Positions 27,328 to 38,573 of a stretch of DNA of 64,000 nucleotides are shown in pieces. How positions within the stretch are numbered: position 1 is the first letter of the stretch; each line of letters starts with the position of its first letter. The DNA is from a virus (taxonomy: Duplodnaviria; Caudoviricetes). A program made the position numbers and the translations under genes. The stretch spans positions 17,522 through 81,521 of the IMG/VR virus record IMGVR_UViG_3300012007_000014, one strand, 5' to 3'. The notes under the pieces were generated by a model. That model had not been told where the DNA came from. It searched no databases and saw only the letters and a list, made by a program, of their open reading frames with translations.

Positions 27328-30300
27328 ACTGATTCCCTCCTTCCAACTGCATTGTTAATATTTTGAGAAACACCATTTGTTACTGCACCTGCAATTTCTC
27401 CACTATCAAGAACAATTTGCATCTTAGACACTGCATTTCCAAGATTCACAACGTCTTCTCTCAAAGATGTAATTGCAGAAACAACATCTCCATTCGAGAT
27501 TCTTCCAAACATTCCATTTAATCTATTAAGCTCAGAATCTTTCGGTGTTGTTACATTTCCAAGATTCGGATTCAAATTAATACCATAGGATCCGTTATAC
27601 ATCGAAGAAATAAGACCTTGACTAGCATAAATATTTGAATAGTCAACAACAGGTGTAATGGTAGGATTTGCACCAAGATCTGCATCTAATGCTGATCCAA
27701 CAATAGAACCAATATTATTTGCAACTTCAGAAATTCTATCAGAACTAGAGTCAAGACCTCTAATATAACCCTCATCCATAAATTGACCAAGCTTAAACAT
27801 TACTCTTGAAGGAGAATGGATTTGGTTCATACTAGCGACTGTGGATGACAGCTCAGTCGCGATCTCATTACAAAGAGCATCAAATTCTTCTTTCTTAGAA
27901 TTAATACCATCAATAAGTCCTTGCATCAGATTGGAACCAGCATTAAACATGTTGCCTTCCTGAGCTTCTACAGATTTCACCATTGAAGATGCATAATCTT
28001 TGCCGTTCTTACTACCTTCAGAAGAATTTACCTTCTTATCAATTTCAGAAGTTGCCTTATCTGCAATCCCCTTGGATGCATTTGCAACCGCTGCTTCATT
28101 CTCCTGATATCCAGTTTGAAGACCAGTTGCCATATTGGTAGCAATCGTTGATGCTGTCGTTTGAGAAGTTTGTGAAATCGTTTCTGTATCATTAGAAAGA
28201 GCAGCCTGAATGGACTGACCAAAGAGCGCTGCTGCTTCTGTACCCATAGAAATAAGAGCAGGATCAATAACAGTGCTAAAGTTTGTCACCATTGTCTGAA
28301 CTGTTGTTGCAAGAGCGTTAACATCAGACATAGCCGCTGATAATGCTTGCTGATAGGTTTGACCATTCATGGTACCCGCATCAAGCCATTGCTGAGAAGC
28401 TTTCGCTTTTGCATCATCACCAATCGTGGTTGCCCGTTCATACATGGCATTTGCACTACTTACTTGATCAGACGTCCATTGTGTTGCTGCTGCAAGATAT
28501 TCAGGTCCCTGTTCTGCAAGCTGTTCCAAAAGTCCAGAATTAAGTCCCTTTGCCTCAAGAGCAAGATAGTTTTGTAACTCTTTTTCAGCTTTATCAAGGT
28601 TCCCTCTCATTCTAGTAATAAGTTCATCACCAGAAATTTGATCTTGCTTGTCAGAAAGTTCTGCATAAAGATTTGTATTATCAAGAACAGATTTAATAGC
28701 ATCACCAACTTCATTTGCAGTAAGCTTAAACTGTTCTACAAGCTTAGAAGACTCGGTTGCTTTCTTGAACACCTTATCAAAATTCTTAACAATATTATTT
28801 GTAAGAGCGTCCTGAATGGTAGTTCTATCTTCCAGAATGGCTCCTAGTTGCTCTTCTGTAATGCCATAATTTTGAGCAGCCGTTGCAAGGTCATCAAACG
28901 CCTGTCTTGCCGTATCGTTATCAGGACCAACCTGAGCAATAAAGTCTTGATAGTTAAGAGCTGCCATTAAGAACTCATTGGAAACATCTCCAATTCCATC
29001 AATGGCATTTCCAAATATTCCAGACTCACCAAGATCCATGCTCTCACCAAGAACATTGGTAACGTTTTCTACACTATCTTTGAACGAACTAACAGCAGTC
29101 TCGCCAAGCTCCTTGCCAGCTACTTTCACTGCATCTTTTCCATCGTCCATAGAACCGGCAATATTACTCACAGCATGATCTGCTGCTTTTGTTGCCTCTT
29201 CGTCCATTTGAGCTGCAGTAAGATTTAAATTCTGATACTCTTTGTTGAGTTGAGTAATCTTTTTCTTAGCGTTCTCTGCATTCTTAATTTCATTTTGATA
29301 TTCTTTGTTCGTATTCTTTTCAACCCACAGAGAATACTTTTCAAACAGATCTTGTTTCTTTGCAGATACTTTAAGAGCTTCTTTATAATCCTTGTAATTA
29401 TCATTAACTTTCTTAATCCATTCGTCTCCCATTTTCCCTGCTGCGATAACAGTACCTTGACCTTGGGAAATAAGCTCTTGAAGTGCTTCCTGGTTAAGAC
29501 CTCTCTGCCTAAGGCTTAAGATTTCCAATTGATAGTCTTTAATTCCAGCAACACGTTTTTCAAGATTGGATAATAACTGCTTACCAGTAACATTAGAAGA
29601 AATATCAAGAGATTCAAATGCTCCACCAAATCCTTCAATGGCATCTTTCATTGCAGAGCCAAATGCTTTTGCCTTAGACTCATACTCAGAAAGCTTACTC
29701 ATTGCATTGTCGAATTGTGTGTAAGCTTCTTGAACATCTGAAATAATAACAGTCTTTAAAATATTAGTTGAGTCAATAGTTTGATGAAGATAGCCATACA
29801 AGTCACTAAGACTCATTCCAGCTGCATCTGCATACTTCTTAAGCTCTCCGTATGCTTTCTCAAGTCCAGAATGATCATATGCATCACTATCAAGAGCGAT
29901 TCCCATTGCCTTGACTTTGTTCTCTTCTCTAAGAGTGTCAACGTAAGCCTTGGTCATCCCATCAAGCTCTTCATAAGTCTTAAGACCATCTTCTTTCATC
30001 TTGTTCAAATATAAAGCAACCATTCTAGCATTTTCTACTCTAACCGTTGCTTCTTGAGCAAGTTTTTCAGCTTTGGCTTGATAACCAAGGAAATCCTTTA
30101 GCTCACTATTCGACATCTGCCGAAGTTCCATGATCTTCTGATAATTCTCAAGAGGATTAGAACCAAGATCAGCAAGTGTATCATCGTCCACACCTCTATA
30201 AGCAAGAGAGGTAAGAGCGTCTGTGGATTCTCGCAGTGCGTCGACTTGAGACTTTGCATTCATGATAAGTTTGTCTGGCTTTATCATGTCGGAAGTCTTT

Positions 30301-33300
30301 TTATCAAACTCTGTATAAAAGTCTAATGATCCTTTAATTGCATCTGAGATCTTATTGAACGCTTCCACAAAGGCTTCTCGTATTGCATTCGCCCTTTGCT
30401 GAAGAGCAGTACCTTTTTCTTCAGAGTCTTCATAGACCTCATCTGCTTTATTACTTGTTTTATAAATTTCAGAAAGTAAGAGTTCAAACCCTTCTGCTCC
30501 AATTTGATAAGAAGTAGAATCGGAAACGGTACTCATCATAGAGCCAAAGGAAGAGGTGAATTTATTAATGATTGGAATTGCCCTTTCATTAAACTTCTCA
30601 AGAGTATTCTGGAACTCCTCAAGAGCCCTGGTATTGTCTTTTGCAGATTTAGATCCGCCACCAGACCCTTTTCCTTTCTTTTTAGAGCCAGAATCTCCTC
30701 CACCACTGCCTCCAAGATCAGGAGTCGTGCTAGGCGATCCAGTTTTGGAGTCTCCTTTACTTGCAAAGTCAGACCAAGAGAACGGAAGGCCAGAATCGTT
30801 TTTAGCTCCACTCTCCCAGCTTCCCTTTTGATAAACTCGCTTCATCTTTCCGGTCTTAGGGTCTTTTTGCATAACCCATTTGCCCTTGGTCCAATGCTTC
30901 GCACCATTGTTCTTTTTGGTACCTGTTCTGAAGCTAATTTCTCCTTCTGTACCAGTGCCAGCACCAACATAACCAAGATCAAGAGAGCTCATAGCAGCTC
31001 TTGCAGAAGAGACATACCCAAGAATATTGGATAAGAAACTGGAGCCCATGAGATCTCCAATATTACCACCAGTAATACCAGCAAGAGAAATATCACCACT
31101 TGCAATGCCACTCGTAAGTTCAGATATCATGGAACCACCAGTGCCATTTCCATCAAAAGCACCGGAGAGTTTATCCTTTGCCATAGAGCCAAAGTTTTCC
31201 ATAGCAGTAGAAGCAGGGACTTCACCAGAAATAACACCTTTAACAAGTTCCAGCATATTGGACTTGCCAGTATTTTCTGCATCTGCTCCTTCTGTTACGC
31301 CTTCTGATGCTGCGCTGCCAACTTCTTGACCTGCATTTTGAGCATCGTCAGATGTACTAGCAACACCACTTGCTGTTGCACTGCCAAAGTTCTCACCAAG
31401 CTTTGCACCATCCTTAGGATTTAATGTATCAGCAATGCTACTTGCAATATCAGAAGATGCGGCTTTCACTTTAGGAACACCAGCCTCTAGTCCTCCTGCA
31501 AGCATTGAAGTAAAATCTGGCATCCAACTGTCAGAGTTAGCAAGAGGTCCTTCATCAGGTGTTGAGAAGTGAAGGAATGATGCAATCGCGCTTGCAATAC
31601 TTGATGCAGCATTTTTCACAAGATCAATACCTGCAGAAATACCATCCGCAAGCTTCTGTGCAAGATCCATTCCCCATTGTGCAGCTTCTTCTGATACCTC
31701 TTTAAGGGAGATAAGAAAACCAGCTACCTGCTCTGCAACAGAGACAATTACAAGTAAGACAGCACCAAGTCCAGCAGCAAATATTAATAATCCTACTCCC
31801 GCAATACCGCCACCAGCTCCGATTGCAATAAGTGACAATCCAAGCAGTGTTAATGCTCCTGCCATGAGTGCAAGGCTTCCAGCCTGATCGGATAGTGCTG
31901 CCATTGCAGTTACAAACGCTGTGACTTGAGGAAGGAGTGCTGCAATTCCCTTTGTAATTAGCATAATACCAACTCCAAAGAGTGCTGCTCCAGCTCCAAA
32001 GCCAACAAACGCTGCTGCAATAGAAAGAATAACAGCAGCAAACGCCAAGATTGCTGGAGTTGCTAAAGACAGTCCAGTTCCAAATATCCCAACAACAGCT
32101 GTTAGTGCAACCATGATTCCCATTAAAACGCCTATTACGATAGCAACTTGTGTAAGCCTATCAGCAGGAATCTGTGCAAGCATTGTCATAGAGACAGCTA
32201 AAATAGCAACTGCTCCAGCAAAAGCTATCATCATTACAGAAATTCCAAGTGATGCAATTGCAGACATGTTTTGACCAATGGTCATCATGACACTCATGCA
32301 AATTGCAAAGACAGCCATTGTCGCGTTTAATGCTAGAGCCACTCCTAATAAATCTTGAGCTGGAATCTGCGCTACTAGTACAAGAGCAAGTGATAGAATA
32401 GCAACTGCGCCACTAAATGAAAGGACTGTAACTGCAAAAGCTCCTATATCAAGAGCTGTAAAACCTTGAACGATATTTGCAATCAAGGCAATTGACGCTG
32501 ACATTGCAAGCATCATCATGGACAAAGATTCTGCTATTGTTATTGCAGCATCCACGTTCTGAAGACCTGCAAGCGCAGTGACAATTTGACTCATTGCATA
32601 AATTGCAACTGAGAAAGAACCAATTGTAGCAATAAAAGCAACGATGTCGAGCCCTTTCATGTCTTTTGTAACATCCCCTACAATCTTAATGGCAAGTCCA
32701 AGAGCAAGCATCATACCAGCAATCTCTGCTGCTGCAGCAATGGATTGATCCATAGGCAAGGCTGCTAAATTAATAGCCATCTTTCCCATCATCTGAATTG
32801 CAAGAAGCATTACTCCAACAATTGGAATAACATTAAGAGGCTTTGCCTTGTCCATAAGCTTGACAGAAAATGCTAAAGAGATCATCATTCCTGCAACAAG
32901 AGCAAGACCTGCTGCCATGGGTTTCCAAAGAGCACCCATAATAGCCATGATAGGTGCAAGAATATACATAGCACCTGCAAGAGCAAGCATAGTACCTGCT
33001 ATCTTTCCAACTTCTGCACCATTCATAATCTTAATGGACCATGCTGCGGCAAACATTCCACCAGCCATAATTAGAAGACCCTTACCAATCGTAAAAAAGT
33101 CAGCTTTTCCAAAAAGTGTTACTGCTGCAGCAAATATAATAAACGCACCAGAAAGAGCAAGCAAAGATGTAGCAATGGATTTTAAGGTTGGAACTCCGGC
33201 AGAAAATGCAAAAATTGAAAGGACTGTAAGTACACCAACAAGTCCAAGAAGAGCAATACCAAGTCCTTGAAGTGCTTTTATAGGATTTCCAAGCTGTGTG

Positions 33301-36300
33301 CTAAGAACAGAGATAGCAACGCTCATTCCAATTAAGGATAGAGATAAAAGTCCAATCGATGCTGCTATCTGTATGGTTAAGTCATTAAAGGCATTAACAA
33401 CTGCCTTTAATCCTATGAAAATAACGACAACTGCAGCAATTGAACCTGCAAGTTGTCCAAGAAATGCAACAATTCCTCCAACCTCTCCAAATAATGCTTG
33501 AAGAGCTTTTATATGAGCGAATATCAATCCTCCAATAACAGTCATCTCTTGCATAAAGAGTCCTGCCTGCACAACTATAATCTTAATTGCCATATTCATA
33601 AAGACAATAGAAGCTGCAAGAGCTGCAATGCCAGCTGCCATTTTGAGCATGGAAATAGAAGCCTGTGAAATCTTATCAGAAAACTTAGCAAACGTTGCCA
33701 TCACGACAATAAGTGCTGCAAATCCAGCTGCCAAGATTCCAACTGGAACGACAATTCTTGCAAGGAACTCCTGCCAAGTTTGAATGTGATTGTAGAGCAC
33801 ATTTACAGCAACTGTAGTAACACCAAGCTCAATGCCAAGAACTGCAAGTACACCAGCAAAGGAAGTCATGGCAAGTGTAAAAGCACCAAGACCCTTGGTA
33901 TTAACCTTTCTAGAAAGAACCGTTGTCAAATATGCAAGAGCTGCTGCACAACCAGTGATTGTGATAGTAAGACGAGCAATCGTTGCTGCTGCTCTTTCAA
34001 ACCGTTCCGGATCAATTTGAACAACAGAAAGTGCAATGAGTGCTGCTGTAAGAATACCAACGCCAATTGCAATGTTTCTAAATGTCTTTGCACCATTAAT
34101 TGCTGTGAGCTGTACGAAATATCCTCTAATTGCACCAAGAGTCTTCTTTAAAGAACCTCCAAGTGTATCAAAAGCATCACCAAATGTCTGGAAGGAATCT
34201 GTTAACTTCTTTAAGTAACGAATAAACAGCAAGATATATCCAAAGGCAAGGATCTGCTGCCAATCCATTTCATTTATCTTAGTAATAAACTTTCCGACAA
34301 GAGTGTCAGTTTGCCCAGCAGCTTTCACAGCATTACTTGCATTTAGTGCAAAAGACTTAAGAGTTTCAACAATTGTGGCAAAGATTGATTGACTCTTTTG
34401 GAGTGCGGGGGTTGTCTTCTCAATCTTCTTTCCAAGAGCACCCATCTTATCTGCAGAAGCACCAATAGTATCTCCAAAGGATCCAACTGTTTCGGAGTGC
34501 TTAGAGAACTTGTTTATAATTGAAGATATGGAAGATTTTACATTGTTAATTGCATCATTTAAGCTAATCTCTCCTTTTGCAAGAGAGAAAATAGATTTCA
34601 CAAAGGAAGAGATTGCTGTTCCAGCGATGAGAAGACCTCTTGCTATTGTTCCAAAAATATCATTTGAACTTGCAAGTTTTGTGATAAAACTTACAATACT
34701 ATCTTTCATCTGAATAATAACAGTGACAATTGCAGAAAGATTCTTTTTAACCCCATTCCAATCAATGGATTTAATCTTCTGAATGAGTAAAGAGATACCA
34801 ATAATTGCAGCTCCAACTACTGTCTGAAGAACTGCTGCAGCAACTCTAAGACCTTTCACAATTCCTTGGATAACTTTAGAAGAAGAAAGTTTCTTTATAA
34901 TTGGCTCTACCTTTTGAATAAGAGAGCTAATTACAGAAGATACTCCTCCAACTGCTTCTCCTGTATCCTTAAAGCTCTTATTAAGTCCAAGAACTGTTTT
35001 TAACAAATTGAAGGATAAGATAATCTTAAATAATGAGATAATTGTATTAAGGCCAAGTCCTCCCATAAACAAAGACTGCAATGCTTTAATAGCAGTCGTG
35101 ATAAGAAGGAAGGACATAATCGGTTTTCTAAAAGCAAGGATTACTTCAAGACCCGTTTTAATAATAGAGAACGTTGTCTTAGCAACTTCCTTGAGATCCG
35201 CCATTTGATCCTTGGTAAGGATAAGGTTTCTAGTAAAGCGCTCAATAAAGTCTGTAATAGCCATGAGTCCTTTTGCAGAGTTTACAGATCCTTGAACATA
35301 CCCTGTCACCTCTTGCAAAGCCTCTCCTATTGGCTTTAAAACACTCCAAATCGCATTGAAAATATTAGCAATGGATTGGAGCATCTCCTTTCTTCCACCC
35401 TCTGCTTTCCAGACAGCAAGCATAGAGTTTCTAAAGTCAGACACTTTATTGATGGCATTTCCTAAAATGTTAGAGATTCCAGTCCAAAGCCCTTTTGCCT
35501 CTTCGAAATCACCAATGACAGTTCTAAAACTCTGTGTCCATCCAGATCCAATTGCTTCTCCAAGGGTGTCCACCAACATGGAAAATGTTTTGACATCTTT
35601 TGCGGCATCAGCAGCTTTCATTCCAAGTTGCTCAAACTGCTTTATTTGAGTAGCAGTAAATCCTTGAGCTTTAAGTCTCTTCTCATAATTCTCTTGCTCT
35701 ACTTTTGTTAAATCTCTTATGTCTGTTGCATAAAGTTTAAGAGCAGTTGTCAGGGTATCATTGGTAAGCCATTGATATTGAAGAGAATCATTAAAACCTT
35801 TCTGAGCATTGAAGAGTTCTGAAATATCACCCTTCATGTTCGTTGTTACGGTTCTGTAACCACCACTAACTTTCTTAACTGTACCAAGTGCTTCTGCTGT
35901 TTGAAGGAGCGTATTCTTAAACTCTACGGTAGCCATCATAGAGTTCTCAATAGATTTCCAGTCGATGAGTTTTGTATAACCAGAAGACAGTGCCTGAGCA
36001 AAGTTATACATAGCATGAGAAGCTTGTTGTGCATTTGCTCCAGAGATAGCGGCCTCATTAGCAATACCTTTAATGGCAGCCACTGCATCATCAAGTTTAA
36101 CTCCCTGATTCGTAAATTTACCGATATTGGAAGTCATATCTTGAAACTTATAGATGGTATCATCTGAGTATTTGTTTAACTCATCAAGCTTTTTATTTAC
36201 TCTTTCAACAGATTCTCCTGTTCCAGCCATAATGGTTTGAACAGATCCCATCATGTCTTCGTATTCCTTGAAGCCTTCTCTTGGACCAGACGTGATCATG

Positions 36301-36611
36301 GAGAGTCCTTTATGGACGAAGCTGCTTACGGAATTTCCAATATTACGAAGAACTTGATCAGAAATTGTACCAAGTGTAGAAAACTTTTTGGTCATGACAT
36401 CAAGAGAACTATTCATTTGATCAAAAGAAGAGTTCGCCTTGGATAACTGACCTTCCATTCCAGAGAACATCTCTTTTCCAGTTTTCTTGGTGTTCTCTTC
36501 AATGGTATCGTTTAATTTATTTAGAGATTGCAGAGTTTCCTGAATACCAGCTTCGAATTGTTTGTTATCGAATTGCATCTGCACAACTCTTTGATCAACT
36601 TGTGTTGCCAT
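27318..36611 (-). CDS. Tape measure protein (3097 aa)
   Basis: Tape-measure domain (LNKYSDDTIYKFQDMT..IGKF..QG), long Ala/hydrophobic helical region, position. Confidence 0.93.
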   Translation of the reverse strand: MATQVDQRVVQMQFDNKQFEAGIQETLQSLNKLNDTIEENTKKTGKEMFSGMEGQLSKANSSFDQMNSSLDVMTKKFSTLGTISDQVLRNIGNSVSSFVHKGLSMITSGPREGFKEYEDMMGSVQTIMAGTGESVERVNKKLDELNKYSDDTIYKFQDMTSNIGKFTNQGVKLDDAVAAIKGIANEAAISGANAQQASHAMYNFAQALSSGYTKLIDWKSIENSMMATVEFKNTLLQTAEALGTVKKVSGGYRTVTTNMKGDISELFNAQKGFNDSLQYQWLTNDTLTTALKLYATDIRDLTKVEQENYEKRLKAQGFTATQIKQFEQLGMKAADAAKDVKTFSMLVDTLGEAIGSGWTQSFRTVIGDFEEAKGLWTGISNILGNAINKVSDFRNSMLAVWKAEGGRKEMLQSIANIFNAIWSVLKPIGEALQEVTGYVQGSVNSAKGLMAITDFIERFTRNLILTKDQMADLKEVAKTTFSIIKTGLEVILAFRKPIMSFLLITTAIKALQSLFMGGLGLNTIISLFKIILSFNLLKTVLGLNKSFKDTGEAVGGVSSVISSLIQKVEPIIKKLSSSKVIQGIVKGLRVAAAVLQTVVGAAIIGISLLIQKIKSIDWNGVKKNLSAIVTVIIQMKDSIVSFITKLASSNDIFGTIARGLLIAGTAISSFVKSIFSLAKGEISLNDAINNVKSSISSIINKFSKHSETVGSFGDTIGASADKMGALGKKIEKTTPALQKSQSIFATIVETLKSFALNASNAVKAAGQTDTLVGKFITKINEMDWQQILAFGYILLFIRYLKKLTDSFQTFGDAFDTLGGSLKKTLGAIRGYFVQLTAINGAKTFRNIAIGVGILTAALIALSVVQIDPERFERAAATIARLTITITGCAAALAYLTTVLSRKVNTKGLGAFTLAMTSFAGVLAVLGIELGVTTVAVNVLYNHIQTWQEFLARIVVPVGILAAGFAALIVVMATFAKFSDKISQASISMLKMAAGIAALAASIVFMNMAIKIIVVQAGLFMQEMTVIGGLIFAHIKALQALFGEVGGIVAFLGQLAGSIAAVVVIFIGLKAVVNAFNDLTIQIAASIGLLSLSLIGMSVAISVLSTQLGNPIKALQGLGIALLGLVGVLTVLSIFAFSAGVPTLKSIATSLLALSGAFIIFAAAVTLFGKADFFTIGKGLLIMAGGMFAAAWSIKIMNGAEVGKIAGTMLALAGAMYILAPIMAIMGALWKPMAAGLALVAGMMISLAFSVKLMDKAKPLNVIPIVGVMLLAIQMMGKMAINLAALPMDQSIAAAAEIAGMMLALGLAIKIVGDVTKDMKGLDIVAFIATIGSFSVAIYAMSQIVTALAGLQNVDAAITIAESLSMMMLAMSASIALIANIVQGFTALDIGAFAVTVLSFSGAVAILSLALVLVAQIPAQDLLGVALALNATMAVFAICMSVMMTIGQNMSAIASLGISVMMIAFAGAVAILAVSMTMLAQIPADRLTQVAIVIGVLMGIMVALTAVVGIFGTGLSLATPAILAFAAVILSIAAAFVGFGAGAALFGVGIMLITKGIAALLPQVTAFVTAMAALSDQAGSLALMAGALTLLGLSLIAIGAGGGIAGVGLLIFAAGLGAVLLVIVSVAEQVAGFLISLKEVSEEAAQWGMDLAQKLADGISAGIDLVKNAASSIASAIASFLHFSTPDEGPLANSDSWMPDFTSMLAGGLEAGVPKVKAASSDIASSIADTLNPKDGAKLGENFGSATASGVASTSDDAQNAGQEVGSAASEGVTEGADAENTGKSNMLELVKGVISGEVPASTAMENFGSMAKDKLSGAFDGNGTGGSMISELTSGIASGDISLAGITGGNIGDLMGSSFLSNILGYVSSARAAMSSLDLGYVGAGTGTEGEISFRTGTKKNNGAKHWTKGKWVMQKDPKTGKMKRVYQKGSWESGAKNDSGLPFSWSDFASKGDSKTGSPSTTPDLGGSGGGDSGSKKKGKGSGGGSKSAKDNTRALEEFQNTLEKFNERAIPIINKFTSSFGSMMSTVSDSTSYQIGAEGFELLLSEIYKTSNKADEVYEDSEEKGTALQQRANAIREAFVEAFNKISDAIKGSLDFYTEFDKKTSDMIKPDKLIMNAKSQVDALRESTDALTSLAYRGVDDDTLADLGSNPLENYQKIMELRQMSNSELKDFLGYQAKAEKLAQEATVRVENARMVALYLNKMKEDGLKTYEELDGMTKAYVDTLREENKVKAMGIALDSDAYDHSGLEKAYGELKKYADAAGMSLSDLYGYLHQTIDSTNILKTVIISDVQEAYTQFDNAMSKLSEYESKAKAFGSAMKDAIEGFGGAFESLDISSNVTGKQLLSNLEKRVAGIKDYQLEILSLRQRGLNQEALQELISQGQGTVIAAGKMGDEWIKKVNDNYKDYKEALKVSAKKQDLFEKYSLWVEKNTNKEYQNEIKNAENAKKKITQLNKEYQNLNLTAAQMDEEATKAADHAVSNIAGSMDDGKDAVKVAGKELGETAVSSFKDSVENVTNVLGESMDLGESGIFGNAIDGIGDVSNEFLMAALNYQDFIAQVGPDNDTARQAFDDLATAAQNYGITEEQLGAILEDRTTIQDALTNNIVKNFDKVFKKATESSKLVEQFKLTANEVGDAIKSVLDNTNLYAELSDKQDQISGDELITRMRGNLDKAEKELQNYLALEAKGLNSGLLEQLAEQGPEYLAAATQWTSDQVSSANAMYERATTIGDDAKAKASQQWLDAGTMNGQTYQQALSAAMSDVNALATTVQTMVTNFSTVIDPALISMGTEAAALFGQSIQAALSNDTETISQTSQTTASTIATNMATGLQTGYQENEAAVANASKGIADKATSEIDKKVNSSEGSKNGKDYASSMVKSVEAQEGNMFNAGSNLMQGLIDGINSKKEEFDALCNEIATELSSTVASMNQIHSPSRVMFKLGQFMDEGYIRGLDSSSDRISEVANNIGSIVGSALDADLGANPTITPVVDYSNIYASQGLISSMYNGSYGINLNPNLGNVTTPKDSELNRLNGMFGRISNGDVVSAITSLREDVVNLGNAVSKMQIVLDSGEIAGAVTNGVSQNINNAVGRRESVWA

Positions 36612-36653
36612 ATGTATTCACAACTCCTCTCTATTGTGTTAAATTTGGGAATA

Positions 36654-37049
36654 TCATTGTGATTTCACTTCTTCCCAAATATCTTTTTCCATTTCATCAA
36701 ATAAAGGTTTGAGGGCTGGATTAATATAATCAATACCTTCAATCCAACCCCCATTTTTTGTTGCATGACCATATTGAAGCATCAGTGCAACATTAAAATA
36801 ATCTTTCTTTACATTGCTGTTGTACCAAGTAAGTGTTAAAGTCTCACCATCGTCTTCTATCTTGTAATACCAAGATGAAGCAGTAAGCCCTGTATCTCTT
36901 GGAGTATTTTCTGAAAGAAGTTGAACTCCTCTTTCACCATACTTATTTAAATTGGAAAGGAACTTTTTCTCTTGCATGGCTTTGAGGAATTTAAAAGTTT
37001 TCTTAAAATCCCCTTTTTCAGACATTTGTACCACAATTCCTCTAGCCAT
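36654..37049 (-). CDS. HK97 gp10-like tail completion protein
   Basis: TPRDTGLTASSW...LQYGHATKNGGWIEGIDYINPAL. Confidence 0.8.
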   Translation of the reverse strand: MARGIVVQMSEKGDFKKTFKFLKAMQEKKFLSNLNKYGERGVQLLSENTPRDTGLTASSWYYKIEDDGETLTLTWYNSNVKKDYFNVALMLQYGHATKNGGWIEGIDYINPALKPLFDEMEKDIWEEVKSQ

Positions 37050-37074
37050 TTTGAGAGTCCTCCAATGATGCTAT

Positions 37075-38568
37075 TTAGACGATATACATGTTCTTCTTTC
37101 TTCCAAGATCTTTAACGCTATTCTTTTTCCTATTTGTCTTCTTGTTAAGTTTCTTATTAACATTGTCGACACTATTCCTAAGATTATCAACAGGTGTATT
37201 TGTAATGATCTTCGGCTGATGAAGTGCCTTATTTAATCTATACTTAGCATTTCTTACAGTGTTTCTAGCATTAATCTTTGCAAGATCCTTTTTGTATCTT
37301 GCCTTATTCTTAAGACTTCTTGCATCAGACTGAACACTATAGATTCCAGCATCAATATTGTTCCTAGTCTGTCTTGCTCGTTTCTCGGCATCTCTTGCAG
37401 CATTGGATACAGATCTCTTAGCATTGGAAGCAGTTCTCTTTGCAGAATTAATGCCAGAGTTTACCCTAGATCTGGCCTCGTTCATTGCATTATTAGCAGT
37501 TCTCTTTGCAGAGTTAATTCCAGAATTTACTCTAGATCTTACTAAGTCAGCATTATTATTTGCATTAGACCTTGCTCTATTTACGGTTCTAGATGCGGTT
37601 CTCCGAATATCATTGATTTCATTCTCAGCGTTAGATCTTGCTCTATTTGCACTATTCTTTGCATAATTGATACCAGAATTTACTCTAGATCTGGTTTCAT
37701 TCATGGCATTATTAGCAGTTCTTCTAGCAGAATTAATCCCAGAATTCATTCTAGATCTGGTTTCATTCATGACATTATTAGCAGTTCTTCTAGCAGAATT
37801 AATGCCGGAGTTCATTCTAGATCTAGCCAAATCAATATTATTATTTACGTTGGATCTAACTCTGTTTGCAGTTCTATTTGCTGTTTTCCGAATATCATTG
37901 ACTTCGTTCTCAGCTCTATATCTAGCATTGTTGGCTGTTCTCTTTGCAGAGTTGATACCAGAATTCACTTTCCTTCTAGCAGAGTTGATACCAGAATTCA
38001 CTCTAGATCTAGTTAAATCAACATTATTTCTTACTCTAGATTTCGTTCTACTAGCTGTTCTTCTTGCAGTTCTTTGAATATCATTGAACTCATTCTCAGC
38101 GTTAGATCTAACTCTATTTGCAGTTCTTCTTGCGGAATTAATTCCAGAGTTTACTCTAGATCTGGCTAAGTCAATATTATTTCTTGCATTAGATCTGGCC
38201 CTATTTACACCGGAGTTTACTCTATTGGAAAGATTTTCTGCAGTATCTCTAGCCGCGTCAATACGATCATTCACACCGTTTCTAAACTTCGTTACAGCAT
38301 AATCCCTATTTACTGCATCACTAATTTCATTTGCAGTATCTCTGGCAATACGACTTGCCTGATTAGAAATATAATTTAACTCTTTTCCTGCCTGTTTCGC
38401 TCTAAGCTGCTGCTTTCTTGCGAGGATCCTGTTTTTGTTCTTGATGTAATACGCCTTATTGTAAGCATCCTGCTTTGCCTTATCCCAGTTCTTGGAATAG
38501 TGGGCCTTACCTGTTGCAGCATGTTCGATGTAATCGTCAAGACCTAAATTCCAGCTATAATTATTCAT
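37075..38568 (-). CDS. Very basic R/N/S/A repeat protein with YIEH leader
   Basis: About 10 copies of RSR(V/M)NSGINSA(R/K)RTAN; N-terminal DDYIEH. Confidence 0.8.
   Translation of the reverse strand: MNNYSWNLGLDDYIEHAATGKAHYSKNWDKAKQDAYNKAYYIKNKNRILARKQQLRAKQAGKELNYISNQASRIARDTANEISDAVNRDYAVTKFRNGVNDRIDAARDTAENLSNRVNSGVNRARSNARNNIDLARSRVNSGINSARRTANRVRSNAENEFNDIQRTARRTASRTKSRVRNNVDLTRSRVNSGINSARRKVNSGINSAKRTANNARYRAENEVNDIRKTANRTANRVRSNVNNNIDLARSRMNSGINSARRTANNVMNETRSRMNSGINSARRTANNAMNETRSRVNSGINYAKNSANRARSNAENEINDIRRTASRTVNRARSNANNNADLVRSRVNSGINSAKRTANNAMNEARSRVNSGINSAKRTASNAKRSVSNAARDAEKRARQTRNNIDAGIYSVQSDARSLKNKARYKKDLAKINARNTVRNAKYRLNKALHQPKIITNTPVDNLRNSVDNVNKKLNKKTNRKKNSVKDLGRKKNMYIV
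37400..38230. repeat. In-frame degenerate tandem repeats (ACTCTAGATCT core)
   Basis: Includes adjacent 66-bp units near 37670-37830; all preserve frame. Confidence 0.85.
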
Positions 38569-38573
38569 AGTTT

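Noticed and set aside
27318-36611. Many plus-strand and alternate-frame ORFs over the tape measure and other long genes
   Set aside because: Antisense shadows of biased codon usage; no RBS or motifs; genome arm is unidirectional
37400-38230. Possible CRISPR array
   Set aside because: Repeats are degenerate, in frame, without unique spacers, and no cas genes are present
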